This document shows, in pieces, positions 15,485 to 24,000 of a stretch of DNA of 24,000 bases. How positions within the stretch are numbered: the first letter of the stretch is position 1; each line of letters starts with the position of its first letter. The position numbers and the translations under genes were made by a program. The stretch covers positions 28,152 through 52,151 of the forward strand of contig NZ_QEWR01000008.1 in assembly GCF_003121925.1 (NCBI RefSeq), in the 5' to 3' direction. The notes under the pieces are model-generated. The model made no database searches and was not told the DNA's origin. It saw only the letters and a list, made by a program, of their open reading frames with translations. Source of the DNA: Ignatzschineria indica (GTDB lineage Bacteria; Pseudomonadota; Gammaproteobacteria; Cardiobacteriales; Wohlfahrtiimonadaceae).

Positions 15485-18103
15485 ATGAGTGAAAAAGATA
15501 AAACAAAAAGCCCTTCAAAAATTACGATTAAACGAAAAACCCATACGGAACTAAAAGTTGAAACTGCACCTGGCCGTGCAAGAACTGTTCCTGTAGAAGT
15601 TCGTCGTCGTCGTACTTATGTGAAGCAAAAAGAAGCTAATAATGCTGTATTACCTGAAGAAAACATTACTTCAGTTGCAGTTGATGAGGCTGCTAAAAAA
15701 GTAGATAGTGTAGCTGAACAAGCAACAAAACCTGAAGTACTTCCGGTAGACACAACAGAAACTAAATCTAAAAACGAAACAAAAAAAGTTGTTGAAACCT
15801 CAACAACCGCTGATAAGGCTGAGATGGAAGCGAAACGAAAAGCGGAACAAGAAGCAAAAAGACAAGAAGCTGAACAACATCAGCTTGAACGTCAAAATGC
15901 AGCAAAAGAACGCGCTGAAAGAGAATTAGAAGAGAAACGAGAAGCTGAAAGAGCTAAAAAAGAGCAACGTGAAAAGGCGCAACAAGAAGAGATTGCACGT
16001 CTTAATCGTATGGCATCTGCTTCTGAAAAACCGGTATCAAAAGTAGCGATCCAATTCCAAACTCAGGAAGAGGAAGAGAAGGTTGAAGAAGTGCCCGTTG
16101 CCGATATTGTTGAAAAAGATGATGAAGAGATCTTAATCAAGCCGGTAAAACGCTCAGCAAAACTAGACAGTGATAAAGTAGATAGTAAAAAGACACGCAA
16201 AGCGGGATCGAAACGCCGTGGTCGTGATGACGATAATGATCGTGCTGAGATCTCATTAAAACGAGAAAATAAACGTAATCGCCGACAAACAAGACGTAAT
16301 CAGCCACAACAGCAACATGGCTTCCAATTACCAACTGCGACAAAACAGATCGAAGTGGAATTAGGCGAAACGATCAGTGTTGCGGATCTTGCTCATAAAA
16401 TGTCAGTGAAAGCAGCAGAAGTGATTAAAGCCTTAATGAACTTAGGTTCAATGGTGACAATCAACCAGCTGCTCGATCGTGAAACGGCCGCAATTATAGT
16501 CGAAGAGATGGGACACACTTACAAGTTTGTCAGTGAAAATCCTCTTGAAGAGGAGTTGATCGCATCGATTGAACAAGGTGATGTTGATCTTATTAAACCA
16601 CGCCCACCTGTTGTAACGATTATGGGGCACGTTGACCATGGTAAAACATCACTACTTGACTATATTCGTAAAGAGCATGTCGCAAGTGGTGAAGCGGGTG
16701 GAATTACCCAACATATCGGAGCTTATCATGTTAAAACCGATAAAGGGGTCATTACATTCCTCGATACACCAGGACACAGTGCCTTTGCGGCAATGCGTGC
16801 TCGTGGGGCTAAAGTGACCGATATTGTGGTTCTTGTCATTGCCTCTGATGATGGCATCATGCCTCAAACAATTGAAGGAATTCAGCATGCAAAAGCATCA
16901 AATACTCCTGTTATTGTTGCGGTCACTAAAGTAGATAAACCAACGGCTGATAAAGATCGTATTATGTCTGAATTGACACAATATGGTATCGTTCCTGAAG
17001 AGTGGGGTGGAGATAACCTCTTTGCTTTTGTCTCCTCAAAAACAGGAGAAGGCATTGATCATCTTCTCGATCAGATCTTAGTTCAAGCAGAAGTTTTAGA
17101 GTTAACCGCAATCTCAGAAGGTCCTGCGAGAGGATCTGTTATTGAATCAAAACTCGATCGTGGCCGTGGTCCTGTTGCTTCCGTACTCGTCCAATCAGGT
17201 TGCCTCAAAAAAGGGGATATCCTCCTAGCAGGTTATGAGTATGGCCGTGTGCGTGCATTAATTGATGAAAATGGTAAACAAGTTGAGAGCGCATCACCTT
17301 CAATTCCAGTAGAAGTGATCGGTCTTTCAGGTGTTCCTAATGCCGGGGATGAAGTGATGGTTGTACCTGATGAGCGTAAAGCTCGTGAGATCGCCCTCTT
17401 CCGTCAAGGTAAATATCGCGAAGTTAAATTGGCAAGACAGCATAAATCAAAACTTGAGAATCTCTTTAGCTCAATGGGTTCTGATGAGAATAAACAGCTC
17501 AACATTGTCCTTAAAGCAGATGTTCAAGGTTCTGTTGAAGCGCTTGTGAATGCCCTTGAAGAGCTTTCAAATGATGAAGTAACAGTTAAAGTCATTGCAA
17601 GTGGCGTAGGAGGTATCACCGAATCTGATGCAAACCTTGCTGTCTCATCTGATGCCTTAGTGGTTGGATTTAACGTTCGCGCAGATAATACGGCACGTAA
17701 AATTATTGAGGATGAAGGCTTATCACTCTACTACTATAGCGTCATCTATGATGTTATTGATGAGGTGAAGAAAGCCTTAATTGGTAAACTTGCTCCACAG
17801 TTTAAAGAAGAGATTATCGGTATTGCAGAAGTTCGTGATGTCTTTAAATCTCCCAAAATTGGGGCTATTGCCGGCTGTATGGTAACGGAAGGTATTATTA
17901 AACGAAATAATCCTATTCGTGTCCTTCGTGATAACATTGTGATCTATGAAGGGGAGCTTGAATCACTCCGTCGCTTTAAAGATGATGTGAATGAAGTTCG
18001 GGCAGGCATTGAGTGTGGTATCGGTGTGAAAAACTATAATGATGTTCGCACAGGTGACCAAATTGAAGTCTTTGAAACAGTGGAAGTAGAGCGAAAGTTA
18101 TAA
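15485..18103 (+). CDS. infB: Translation initiation factor IF-2
   Basis: G-domain motifs [17 protein letters not shown] and TKVDK, with a charged Lys/Glu/Ala-rich N-terminal region. I prefer ATG 15485 (GGAAG 7 nt upstream) over the TTG at 15479 used by the track. Confidence 0.95.
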   Translation: MSEKDKTKSPSKITIKRKTHTELKVETAPGRARTVPVEVRRRRTYVKQKEANNAVLPEENITSVAVDEAAKKVDSVAEQATKPEVLPVDTTETKSKNETKKVVETSTTADKAEMEAKRKAEQEAKRQEAEQHQLERQNAAKERAERELEEKREAERAKKEQREKAQQEEIARLNRMASASEKPVSKVAIQFQTQEEEEKVEEVPVADIVEKDDEEILIKPVKRSAKLDSDKVDSKKTRKAGSKRRGRDDDNDRAEISLKRENKRNRRQTRRNQPQQQHGFQLPTATKQIEVELGETISVADLAHKMSVKAAEVIKALMNLGSMVTINQLLDRETAAIIVEEMGHTYKFVSENPLEEELIASIEQGDVDLIKPRPPVVTIMGHVDHGKTSLLDYIRKEHVASGEAGGITQHIGAYHVKTDKGVITFLDTPGHSAFAAMRARGAKVTDIVVLVIASDDGIMPQTIEGIQHAKASNTPVIVAVTKVDKPTADKDRIMSELTQYGIVPEEWGGDNLFAFVSSKTGEGIDHLLDQILVQAEVLELTAISEGPARGSVIESKLDRGRGPVASVLVQSGCLKKGDILLAGYEYGRVRALIDENGKQVESASPSIPVEVIGLSGVPNAGDEVMVVPDERKAREIALFRQGKYREVKLARQHKSKLENLFSSMGSDENKQLNIVLKADVQGSVEALVNALEELSNDEVTVKVIASGVGGITESDANLAVSSDALVVGFNVRADNTARKIIEDEGLSLYYYSVIYDVIDEVKKALIGKLAPQFKEEIIGIAEVRDVFKSPKIGAIAGCMVTEGIIKRNNPIRVLRDNIVIYEGELESLRRFKDDVNEVRAGIECGIGVKNYNDVRTGDQIEVFETVEVERKL

Positions 18104-18104
18104 A

Positions 18105-18500
18105 ATGGATAGCAAAAATTCCCGTTTAAAACGTATAAATGAGCAGCTCCGTCAGGAGCTCTCACTTCTCATACGTAAAGATGTTAGTGACTCTCGGGCG
18201 CTAATGGTCTCAGTAACTCAGGTCGATACCGTGCGAGATTTTTCTCAAGCGAAAGTCTATATCACCTATTTAGGTCCTGATGAGGAGCGTAAAGAGATTA
18301 TCGCGCTACTCCATGAGTATGCTCCTGAGTTTCGTCGTCAATTAGGAAAAATTCTTCGTCTTCGAACGATTCCCCGTTTCCATTTTGTCTACGATGACCT
18401 TCTTGAAAAGAGTAATGCGATCACCTCTTTAATTACAGAAGCGATCCGTTCTGATGAGATGAAAGCTGAAGAGAGCCGTAAAGATGACTCAGAAGATTAA
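18105..18500 (+). CDS. rbfA: Ribosome-binding factor A
   Basis: 131 aa. RINEQLRQELSLLI and the LR..P.F.F..D signature. Position is immediately after infB. Confidence 0.9.
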   Translation: MDSKNSRLKRINEQLRQELSLLIRKDVSDSRALMVSVTQVDTVRDFSQAKVYITYLGPDEERKEIIALLHEYAPEFRRQLGKILRLRTIPRFHFVYDDLLEKSNAITSLITEAIRSDEMKAEESRKDDSED

Positions 18501-19413
18501 ACATAAACGCCGTCAACTTGACGGCATTTTGCTTTTAGATAAACCGAAAGGTTTAACAAGTAACCAAGCATTACAGCGAGTAAAGCGCCTCTATCATGCT
18601 GATAAAGCAGGTCATAGCGGCACGCTCGATCCTATGGCAACAGGAATGCTCCCCATCTGTTTTGGGGAAGCAACAAAATTTGCCGGCATTCTGCTCGATA
18701 ATTATAAACAATACCAATTTACCTGTAAGCTCGGAGAAAAGAGTAGTACAGGTGATGCAGAAGGTGAGATTATTGAAACCAAGCCGATTCCCACAACACT
18801 AACAGAAGAGGCTTTAAACGTGGCTTTGTCACAATTTTTAGGAGAGATATCGCAAATTCCTCCTATGGTTTCAGCACTCCACCACCAAGGAAAGCGGCTC
18901 TATGAGCTTGCACGGGAGGGGATTGAAGTTGAAAGAAAACCTCGACAAATCACCATCTCAAAATTAACCCTCGATCAATTAACCCCTTTGAGCTTCACCG
19001 CAACTGTGACCTGTTCAAAGGGAACTTATGTTCGTGTCTTAGCGGAAGATATAGCTGGAAAGTTAGGGACTCTTGGTCATTTAACGATGCTTCGACGCAT
19101 CACAATAGAGCCTTACGGGATAGAGAAATTAATCACACTAGATGAACTCGAAGCCCTTGCTGAAAGAGAGAATCCCTATACAGCATTAGATGCGCTACTC
19201 CTCCCAATGGATAGTGCCGTAACGGATCTTCCCCTCTTAACCTTTACACAAGAAGAGGCTAGACGCATTCTTCATGGACAAAGGATACGAATTGAGGGTA
19301 AACTCGATCATAACTTATATCGCCTTTATAGTGACGATAACCAATTTTTAGGGATTGGTGCGCCCAATACCCCAACATCGATTGGGCCAAAGCGCATCAT
19401 CTCGCAGAGTTAA
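18484..19413 (+). CDS. truB: tRNA pseudouridine-55 synthase TruB
   Basis: GILLLDKP.G.TSN and AGHSGTLDPMATGMLPICFGEATKF (catalytic Asp). Overlaps rbfA by 17 nt. Confidence 0.92.
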   Translation: MTQKIKHKRRQLDGILLLDKPKGLTSNQALQRVKRLYHADKAGHSGTLDPMATGMLPICFGEATKFAGILLDNYKQYQFTCKLGEKSSTGDAEGEIIETKPIPTTLTEEALNVALSQFLGEISQIPPMVSALHHQGKRLYELAREGIEVERKPRQITISKLTLDQLTPLSFTATVTCSKGTYVRVLAEDIAGKLGTLGHLTMLRRITIEPYGIEKLITLDELEALAERENPYTALDALLLPMDSAVTDLPLLTFTQEEARRILHGQRIRIEGKLDHNLYRLYSDDNQFLGIGAPNTPTSIGPKRIISQS

Positions 19414-19464
19414 TTTTCTATTGAGATTCAATTTTGTTTAATTTTTATTTATTTTGGAGGTTTT

Positions 19465-20718
19465 ATGAGTTATCAACATATCAAAGTCCCTGAGGGAGAA
19501 AAAATCACCCTTAACAAAGATTTTTCGCTCAATGTTCCTAATCAACCTATTATCCCTTTTATTGAAGGTGATGAGGTCGGTGCAGAAATCACACCTGTGA
19601 TGCAGAAAGTGATCGATGCCGCTGTTGAGAAAGCTTACAATGGTGCGCGTAAAATCTCTTGGATGGAACTCTATGCCGGCGAAAAGTCCACTAAAGTTTA
19701 TGGCAAAGATGAGTGGTTACCGCAAGAGACTTTAGATGCACTTAAAGAGTTTATTGTCTCTATTAAAGGTCCATTAACCACACCTGTTGGTGGCGGTATT
19801 CGCTCACTTAACGTGACAATGCGTCAAACGCTTGATCTCTATCTCTGTATGCGTCCGGTACAATACTTCAATGGTGTTCCTTCACCTGTTAAAGAGCCTG
19901 AAAAGGTCGATATGGTAATCTTCCGTGAAAACTCAGAAGATATCTATGCAGGTATTGAGTGGGAAGCCGGTTCTCCTGAAGCTAAAAAAGTGATCGACTT
20001 TTTACAAAATGAGATGCATGTTAATAAGATCCGTTTCCCAGAAACTTCTGGTATTGGTATCAAACCGGTATCTGAAGAGGGAACTAAACGTCTTGTTCGT
20101 AAAGCGATCCAATATGCTATCGATAATGATAAACCGAATGTTACCTTAGTTCATAAAGGCAATATCATGAAGTTTACCGAAGGTGGATTCCGTGATTGGG
20201 GTTATGAACTTGCTCGTGAAGAATTTGGCGCAACTTTAATTGGCAATGGTCCATGGTGTGAATTTAAAAATCCAAAAACTGGGAATATGATCACTATCAA
20301 GGATAGTATTGCTGACGCATTCTTACAAAGAATCCTTTTCGAACCTGAAAAATATAGCGTTGTAGCCACATTAAACCTCAATGGTGACTATATTTCAGAT
20401 GCCCTAGCGGCACAGGTAGGGGGAATTGGTATTGCGCCAGGAGCAAACCTTTCTGACTCAATTGCAATCTTTGAGGCAACACATGGAACAGCACCTGACA
20501 TTGCCGGCAAAAATATTGTCAACCCAGGATCACTCATTCTATCTGCAGAGATGATGTTACGTCACTTAGGTTGGACTGAAGCCGCTGATCTTGTGATTAA
20601 AGCGCTCAATGGTGCTATCTCATCGAAAAAGGTGACTGCTGACTTTGCCAATATGATGAAAGATGCAACACAGGTCTCTACGAGCGAGTTTGGCGATATC
20701 ATGATCTCCAATATGTAA
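19465..20718 (+). CDS. icd: Isocitrate dehydrogenase (NADP-dependent)
   Basis: 417 aa, collinear with E. coli Icd throughout ([51 protein letters not shown]). GGAGG sits 5 nt before the ATG. Confidence 0.95.
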   Translation: MSYQHIKVPEGEKITLNKDFSLNVPNQPIIPFIEGDEVGAEITPVMQKVIDAAVEKAYNGARKISWMELYAGEKSTKVYGKDEWLPQETLDALKEFIVSIKGPLTTPVGGGIRSLNVTMRQTLDLYLCMRPVQYFNGVPSPVKEPEKVDMVIFRENSEDIYAGIEWEAGSPEAKKVIDFLQNEMHVNKIRFPETSGIGIKPVSEEGTKRLVRKAIQYAIDNDKPNVTLVHKGNIMKFTEGGFRDWGYELAREEFGATLIGNGPWCEFKNPKTGNMITIKDSIADAFLQRILFEPEKYSVVATLNLNGDYISDALAAQVGGIGIAPGANLSDSIAIFEATHGTAPDIAGKNIVNPGSLILSAEMMLRHLGWTEAADLVIKALNGAISSKKVTADFANMMKDATQVSTSEFGDIMISNM

Positions 20719-20793
20719 TATGTGAATATCTCTCAAGATTGAAATTTTAGAATTTCAATTTTATAAGATTATATAAAATCTTATAGAGAACCT

Positions 20794-20833
20794 AAAAAAA
20801 GAGATTAACTATTGAAAGTTAATCTCTTTTTTG
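20794..20833 (+). terminator. Rho-independent terminator of icd
   Basis: 13-bp stem aaagagattaact (20798-20810) / agttaatctcttt (20817-20829), followed by a T-run. Confidence 0.75.
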
Positions 20834-20968
20834 TTTCTATCTCTGTTCTATTTCTCGATCTAGAATCTTTATGATCTATCAACACTAATACTACCGCTCT
20901 ACCCTTCTTATTCGACACCATAAAGCTTGTAGCAAGCTCTTACTTCTTATAGCGGTACTTATAAACAG

Positions 20969-21020
20969 TAGTTATTAGCAATAGTTATTAGCAATAGTTA
21001 TTAGCAATGGCTATTATCAA
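20969..21020. repeat. 13-bp tandem repeat tagttattagcaa x3 plus a degenerate fourth copy (tggctattatcaa)
   Basis: Read directly. Confidence 0.8.
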
Positions 21021-21080
21021 TAGAGAAAATAGCTCCCTGAATCAAAAATGATTAAGAGAAATAAAAGCAGTAGAAAAATG

Positions 21081-21113
21081 AAAAAGCCTCTAAGTAGCTT
21101 AGAGGCTTTTTTT
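21081..21113. terminator. Bidirectional rho-independent terminator (serves csp on the minus strand)
   Basis: Stem agcctctaag (21085-21094) / cttagaggct (21098-21107), flanked by an A-run and a T-run. Confidence 0.7.
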
Positions 21114-21213
21114 GTGTCCGGTTTTTGTGTGTTCTAGAGGTTACTAATTAATGCAATGCTAACTAACAATTCAATGGAACAACTAAACGCCGACTCTCAT
21201 TACTTAAATAGAA

Positions 21214-21417
21214 TTAAGCAGGTTTACAAACTGTTGTTTGAAGACCACGATCACTCTCTTTTGCTTCAAATTCAACTTTTTGACCTTCCGCTAAAGTACG
21301 AAAGCCATCCCCTTGGATTGTAGAGAAGTGTACAAATACATCTGCACCACCATCATCAGGAGTGATAAAACCGAATCCCTTGGATTCATTGAACCATTTA
21401 ACAGTTCCAATACGCAT
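21214..21417 (-). CDS. Cold-shock protein, CspA family
   Basis: [15 protein letters not shown] (RNP1) and VFVHFS (RNP2). Start moved to ATG 21417, 6 nt after GAGG, giving 67 aa. The track start is a TTG four codons upstream. Confidence 0.88.
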   Translation of the reverse strand: MRIGTVKWFNESKGFGFITPDDGGADVFVHFSTIQGDGFRTLAEGQKVEFEAKESDRGLQTTVCKPA

Positions 21418-21579
21418 AAAAAACCTCAAAAATAAAACTTATATGATCAACGACCATATTTAAAAATAGAATACTGTCTCAAGTTTTTATCTTGTAGACA
21501 GGTTCTAACATTAAGCGTAAATTCCTCTAAATGCAAGATATATATTTTAATTATTTTTAAAACAGGTTAAAAAAACAGT

Positions 21580-22095
21580 ATGAATATCGTCTATCTCTCG
21601 TTAGGATCTAATCTTAATGATCCCCTTTTACAGGTTAAAACAGCGATTAAAGAGATCCCAAATAGTGCAGAAATTACTCTACTGGCGATCTCCTCCCTCT
21701 ATGAAACCCCTCCCATTGGTCCAAAACAGCCCAATTTTATTAATGCCGTGGTTAAGATAGGCACATCCCTCTCTCCACTTCAGTTACTTGAAGCAATGCA
21801 GGAAATTGAGAAGAAACATCAAAGAGAGCGAACAATACATTGGGGGCCGAGAACTCTCGATATCGATCTTCTGCTCTACAATGATCAAAAAATCGATATC
21901 GAGCGTTTAACCATTCCCCACCCCTTTATGCATGAACGCGCCTTTGTGCTACTGCCACTACTAGAAATTGAGCCTACGCTAGAAACGCCACTGCATGGCA
22001 CATTGTCGAAATATCTTGAAACATTAGCGGATCGCTTCGATATCGTAAAAGTGGAAGATCCACCGCTAATTCCCAAAGTTACGCCCCATGCTTAA
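21580..22095 (+). CDS. folK: 2-amino-4-hydroxy-6-hydroxymethyldihydropteridine pyrophosphokinase (HPPK)
   Basis: YLSLGSNL, WGPRTLDIDLLLY and PHP.MHERAFVL.PL motifs. Confidence 0.88.
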   Translation: MNIVYLSLGSNLNDPLLQVKTAIKEIPNSAEITLLAISSLYETPPIGPKQPNFINAVVKIGTSLSPLQLLEAMQEIEKKHQRERTIHWGPRTLDIDLLLYNDQKIDIERLTIPHPFMHERAFVLLPLLEIEPTLETPLHGTLSKYLETLADRFDIVKVEDPPLIPKVTPHA

Positions 22096-22185
22096 GTCAT
22101 TCATTATTTGCCAATTCAGATTGCCATTATAAATCTCTTTCCATTTTTTAATTCCCTATCACAATCTAATTTAGGAGATATTCTT

Positions 22186-22788
22186 GTGAAAAATTTTCAG
22201 AAAATCTTAATCGCCTCCAATAATCAAGGAAAAATTAAGGAGTTTAAAGCACTTTTCGAACCCCTTAATATCGAGATCCTCTCCTTAAGAGATCTCAATA
22301 TTGAATCCCATCCTGAAGAGAATGGCTTAACCTTTATTGAAAATGCGCTCATCAAAGCACGAGATGCTGCAAAAAAGAGCGGTCTTCCCACATTAGCAGA
22401 TGATTCTGGTCTTGTTGTCCCTGCACTCAAGGGGGAGCCTGGGATCTACTCTGCTCGCTATAGTGATTCTGGCAATGATCATGACAATAATCTTAAATTA
22501 CTAGAGAAGATGAGTCATCTGTCAGGAGCTGATCGTGCTGCCTACTTCAAAGCTGTCCTTGTTCTTCTTCGCAATGCAGAAGATCCTGTTCCACTCATCG
22601 CGGAAGGGGAAGTTCATGGTTTTATTACCGAAAATATTGAAGGTAATGAAGGTTTTGGCTATGACCCCCTCTTCTTCTATCCCGAAAAACAATCGACCTT
22701 TGGTCTTCTTCCACCCGCTCTAAAAAATCAAATTTCCCACCGAAATAATGCGCTTCAACAGCTTCTTAAAAAAATCTCATCAATATAA
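22186..22788 (+). CDS. rdgB: dITP/XTP pyrophosphatase (non-canonical purine NTPase) RdgB
   Basis: ILIASNNQGKIKEF, EENGLTFIENALIKA, DDSGL.V.AL.G.PGIYSARY, FGYDP.F and SHR motifs. Start re-called to GTG 22186, 8 nt after TAGGAG, giving 200 aa against 197 in E. coli. The track's TTG start adds 26 non-homologous residues. Confidence 0.85.
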   Translation: MKNFQKILIASNNQGKIKEFKALFEPLNIEILSLRDLNIESHPEENGLTFIENALIKARDAAKKSGLPTLADDSGLVVPALKGEPGIYSARYSDSGNDHDNNLKLLEKMSHLSGADRAAYFKAVLVLLRNAEDPVPLIAEGEVHGFITENIEGNEGFGYDPLFFYPEKQSTFGLLPPALKNQISHRNNALQQLLKKISSI

Positions 22789-22804
22789 TCAATATCTTAA
22801 ACAG

Positions 22805-22988
22805 TTATCCACATAACCTGAGGACAACCCTTAGTATAAAGTTATCCACAAAAATGTGGATAACTCGTGGATAACTTTTCATTTTTTTATCGACAAAGTG
22901 ATCCAGATATTTATACAACCACTTTTCAACAGCTAAAATTAGGCTTAAGATGAGTTATTCACTGCTTTTTATCAAAAACTGTGGATAA
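22805..22988. promoter_or_regulatory. DnaA-box cluster
   Basis: Four perfect boxes: TTATCCACA at 22805-13 (+) and 22842-50 (+), TGTGGATAA at 22855-63 (-) and 22980-88 (-). Two 8/9 boxes: cGTGGATAA at 22866-74 (-) and TTATTCACT at 22955-63 (+). An IHF-core-like AATCAATATCTTA at 22787-99 is adjacent. Confidence 0.7.
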
Positions 22989-23214
22989 CTATGGCTGCTC
23001 ATCATCATCAATCTTTATAAAAGAGATGATAATAATAAAAGGATACCAATAATTTATTATTTCGAGGACAGCTTGGGTTCAGATTTCTTTAACTACTAAA
23101 AAATCTGAGAGATTATTCTGAAAAACATCAAAATTGTTATAAGAATAGTGATCTGTAATTAATCAACTCACGCAAAAGCGCTAGTTGAATTGCATTTTCT
23201 AGAGATTAATTTGT

Positions 23215-24000
23215 ATGTCTAAAAGAACTTTATTTATAGGATTTATGTTATTTGCGCTTTTTTTCGGCGCGGGTAACTTAATATTTCCCCCGACAGTCGG
23301 GCAATTAAGTGGTACTAACTTTCTTCCAGCTATTCTCGGTTTTATTGTGACTGGAGTCGGCTTACCACTAGTCGGCATTATTGCCGGATCATTTTCGAAT
23401 GAAGGATTTCGCTCTGAGGCTAGACGCATAAGCCCACTCTTTGCATTGGTCTTTATGGTAGTGATCTATCTCACCATTGGTCCTTTCTTCGCAATCCCAA
23501 GAACAGCAATGGTCTCTTACGAAATGGCGGTCCTTCCCTTCTTAGAAGGTGGAATTGAGACCTTTTCATCAAAAGTTATCTTTTCAGTAATCTATTTTGG
23601 TTTAACCTTCTATCTCGCACTTAATCCAACAAAACTAGTCGATCGTGTTGGACAAATTTTAACGCCACTCCTTTTAATCACGATTGTGCTTTTGATTATC
23701 AAATCATTTTTTGATCTCAATACACCAATCACAGAGGTATCTGAGCAATTTCAGAAAGCACCTTTCTTTGTAGGATTTTCTGAAGGCTATCAAACAATGG
23801 ATACTATAGCGGCTGTGGCGTTTTCAATCATTGTTCTCAATGCGGTCAAAGCAACGGGCTTAACGGAACAGAAATCGATCTTTAAGCAAGCCTCTATTGC
23901 GGCTATTATTGCCGGAGTAGGTTTAGGTTTAGTCTATATTTCACTCGCATGGATGGGGAATAACTATCCTTTAACAGAAGCGGAAGCAGCCGGTGGAAAT
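23215..24000 (+). CDS. brnQ: Branched-chain amino acid transport system II carrier (LIVCS family), N-terminal 262 codons; continues past the window edge
   Basis: Own translation from ATG 23215: MSKRTLFIGFMLFALFFGAGNLIFPPTVGQLSGTNFLPAILGFIVTGVGLPL...TIGPFFAIPRTA... This is collinear with E. coli BrnQ (GFMTFALFVGAGNIIFPP). It is missing from the ORF track because there is no stop codon in the window. Confidence 0.88.
   Translation, partial: MSKRTLFIGFMLFALFFGAGNLIFPPTVGQLSGTNFLPAILGFIVTGVGLPLVGIIAGSFSNEGFRSEARRISPLFALVFMVVIYLTIGPFFAIPRTAMVSYEMAVLPFLEGGIETFSSKVIFSVIYFGLTFYLALNPTKLVDRVGQILTPLLLITIVLLIIKSFFDLNTPITEVSEQFQKAPFFVGFSEGYQTMDTIAAVAFSIIVLNAVKATGLTEQKSIFKQASIAAIIAGVGLGLVYISLAWMGNNYPLTEAEAAGGN

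Noticed and set aside
15700-16330. Highly charged, repetitive Lys/Glu/Ala/Arg N-terminal region of IF-2, considered as an insertion or fusion
   Set aside because: A variable, low-complexity charged N-domain is a normal feature of gammaproteobacterial IF-2.
14023-17937. About ten short ORFs (61-113 aa) inside or antisense to nusA and infB
   Set aside because: All are nested in out-of-frame or antisense positions within well-supported, full-length conserved genes. This is typical shadow-ORF noise.
22108-22185. 26-residue N-terminal extension of RdgB in the track ORF
   Set aside because: It has a TTG start and no homology. GTG 22186 has a well-spaced TAGGAG and gives the canonical length.
22950-23020. 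Mini-ORFs MSYSLLFIKNCG (22950-22988) and MAAHHHQSL (22991-23020) upstream of brnQ, considered as leader peptides
   Set aside because: Neither has a convincing RBS. Three His or a few Leu/Ile codons fall far short of known attenuator leaders, and no terminator/antiterminator pair follows. The sequences are better explained as DnaA boxes plus the CAT-repeat.
23199-23429. 76-aa minus-strand ORF
   Set aside because: It is antisense to the clearly homologous brnQ 5' region.

Overview
This 24-kb window comes from an AT-rich gammaproteobacterial chromosome (about 40% GC by eye; genus not identifiable from the sequence alone). It is almost entirely conserved housekeeping DNA. I see no mobile element, CRISPR array, prophage remnant, toxin or defence cassette, and I do not claim a novel protein-coding system.

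Gene order, left to right:
- Minus strand: ppiB (partial), an NlpE-N-domain lipoprotein, ppiA, yeiP/efpL, fis, dusB, prmA.
- Plus strand: sdhE.
- Minus strand: 2x tRNA-Thr(UGU), tmcA, 2x tRNA-Lys(UUU).
- Plus strand: a TyrP/Mtr-type aromatic amino-acid permease.
- Minus strand: fnr and an overlapping pair of SMR transporter genes.
- Plus strand: the classical metY(tRNA-fMet)-rimP-nusA-infB-rbfA-truB operon, followed directly by icd.
- A cold-shock protein gene (minus), then folK, rdgB and the 5' part of brnQ (plus).

Several ORF-track starts are over-extended. I re-called them from RBS position and homology for nlpE-like, ppiA, yeiP, prmA, infB, csp and rdgB.

The most unusual signal is non-coding. 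The rdgB-brnQ spacer holds four perfect and one to two near-perfect DnaA boxes within 185 bp. Two of them form a perfect 24-bp palindrome. An IHF-like site and an AT-rich tract flank the cluster. This is a candidate oriC or a datA/DARS-like DnaA-control locus, and I list arguments on both sides.

Secondary observations:
- A perfect FNR box lies upstream of fnr.
- One subunit of the SMR pair lacks the canonical membrane Glu14.
- Duplicated tRNA genes each have a consensus or near-consensus promoter.
- Six 10-bp-phased direct repeats lie upstream of tmcA.
- A bidirectional terminator sits alone between the divergent prmA and sdhE genes.
- Nearly every long spacer carries short tandem repeats.

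All calls were made by eye. No database search, folding or statistics could be run.
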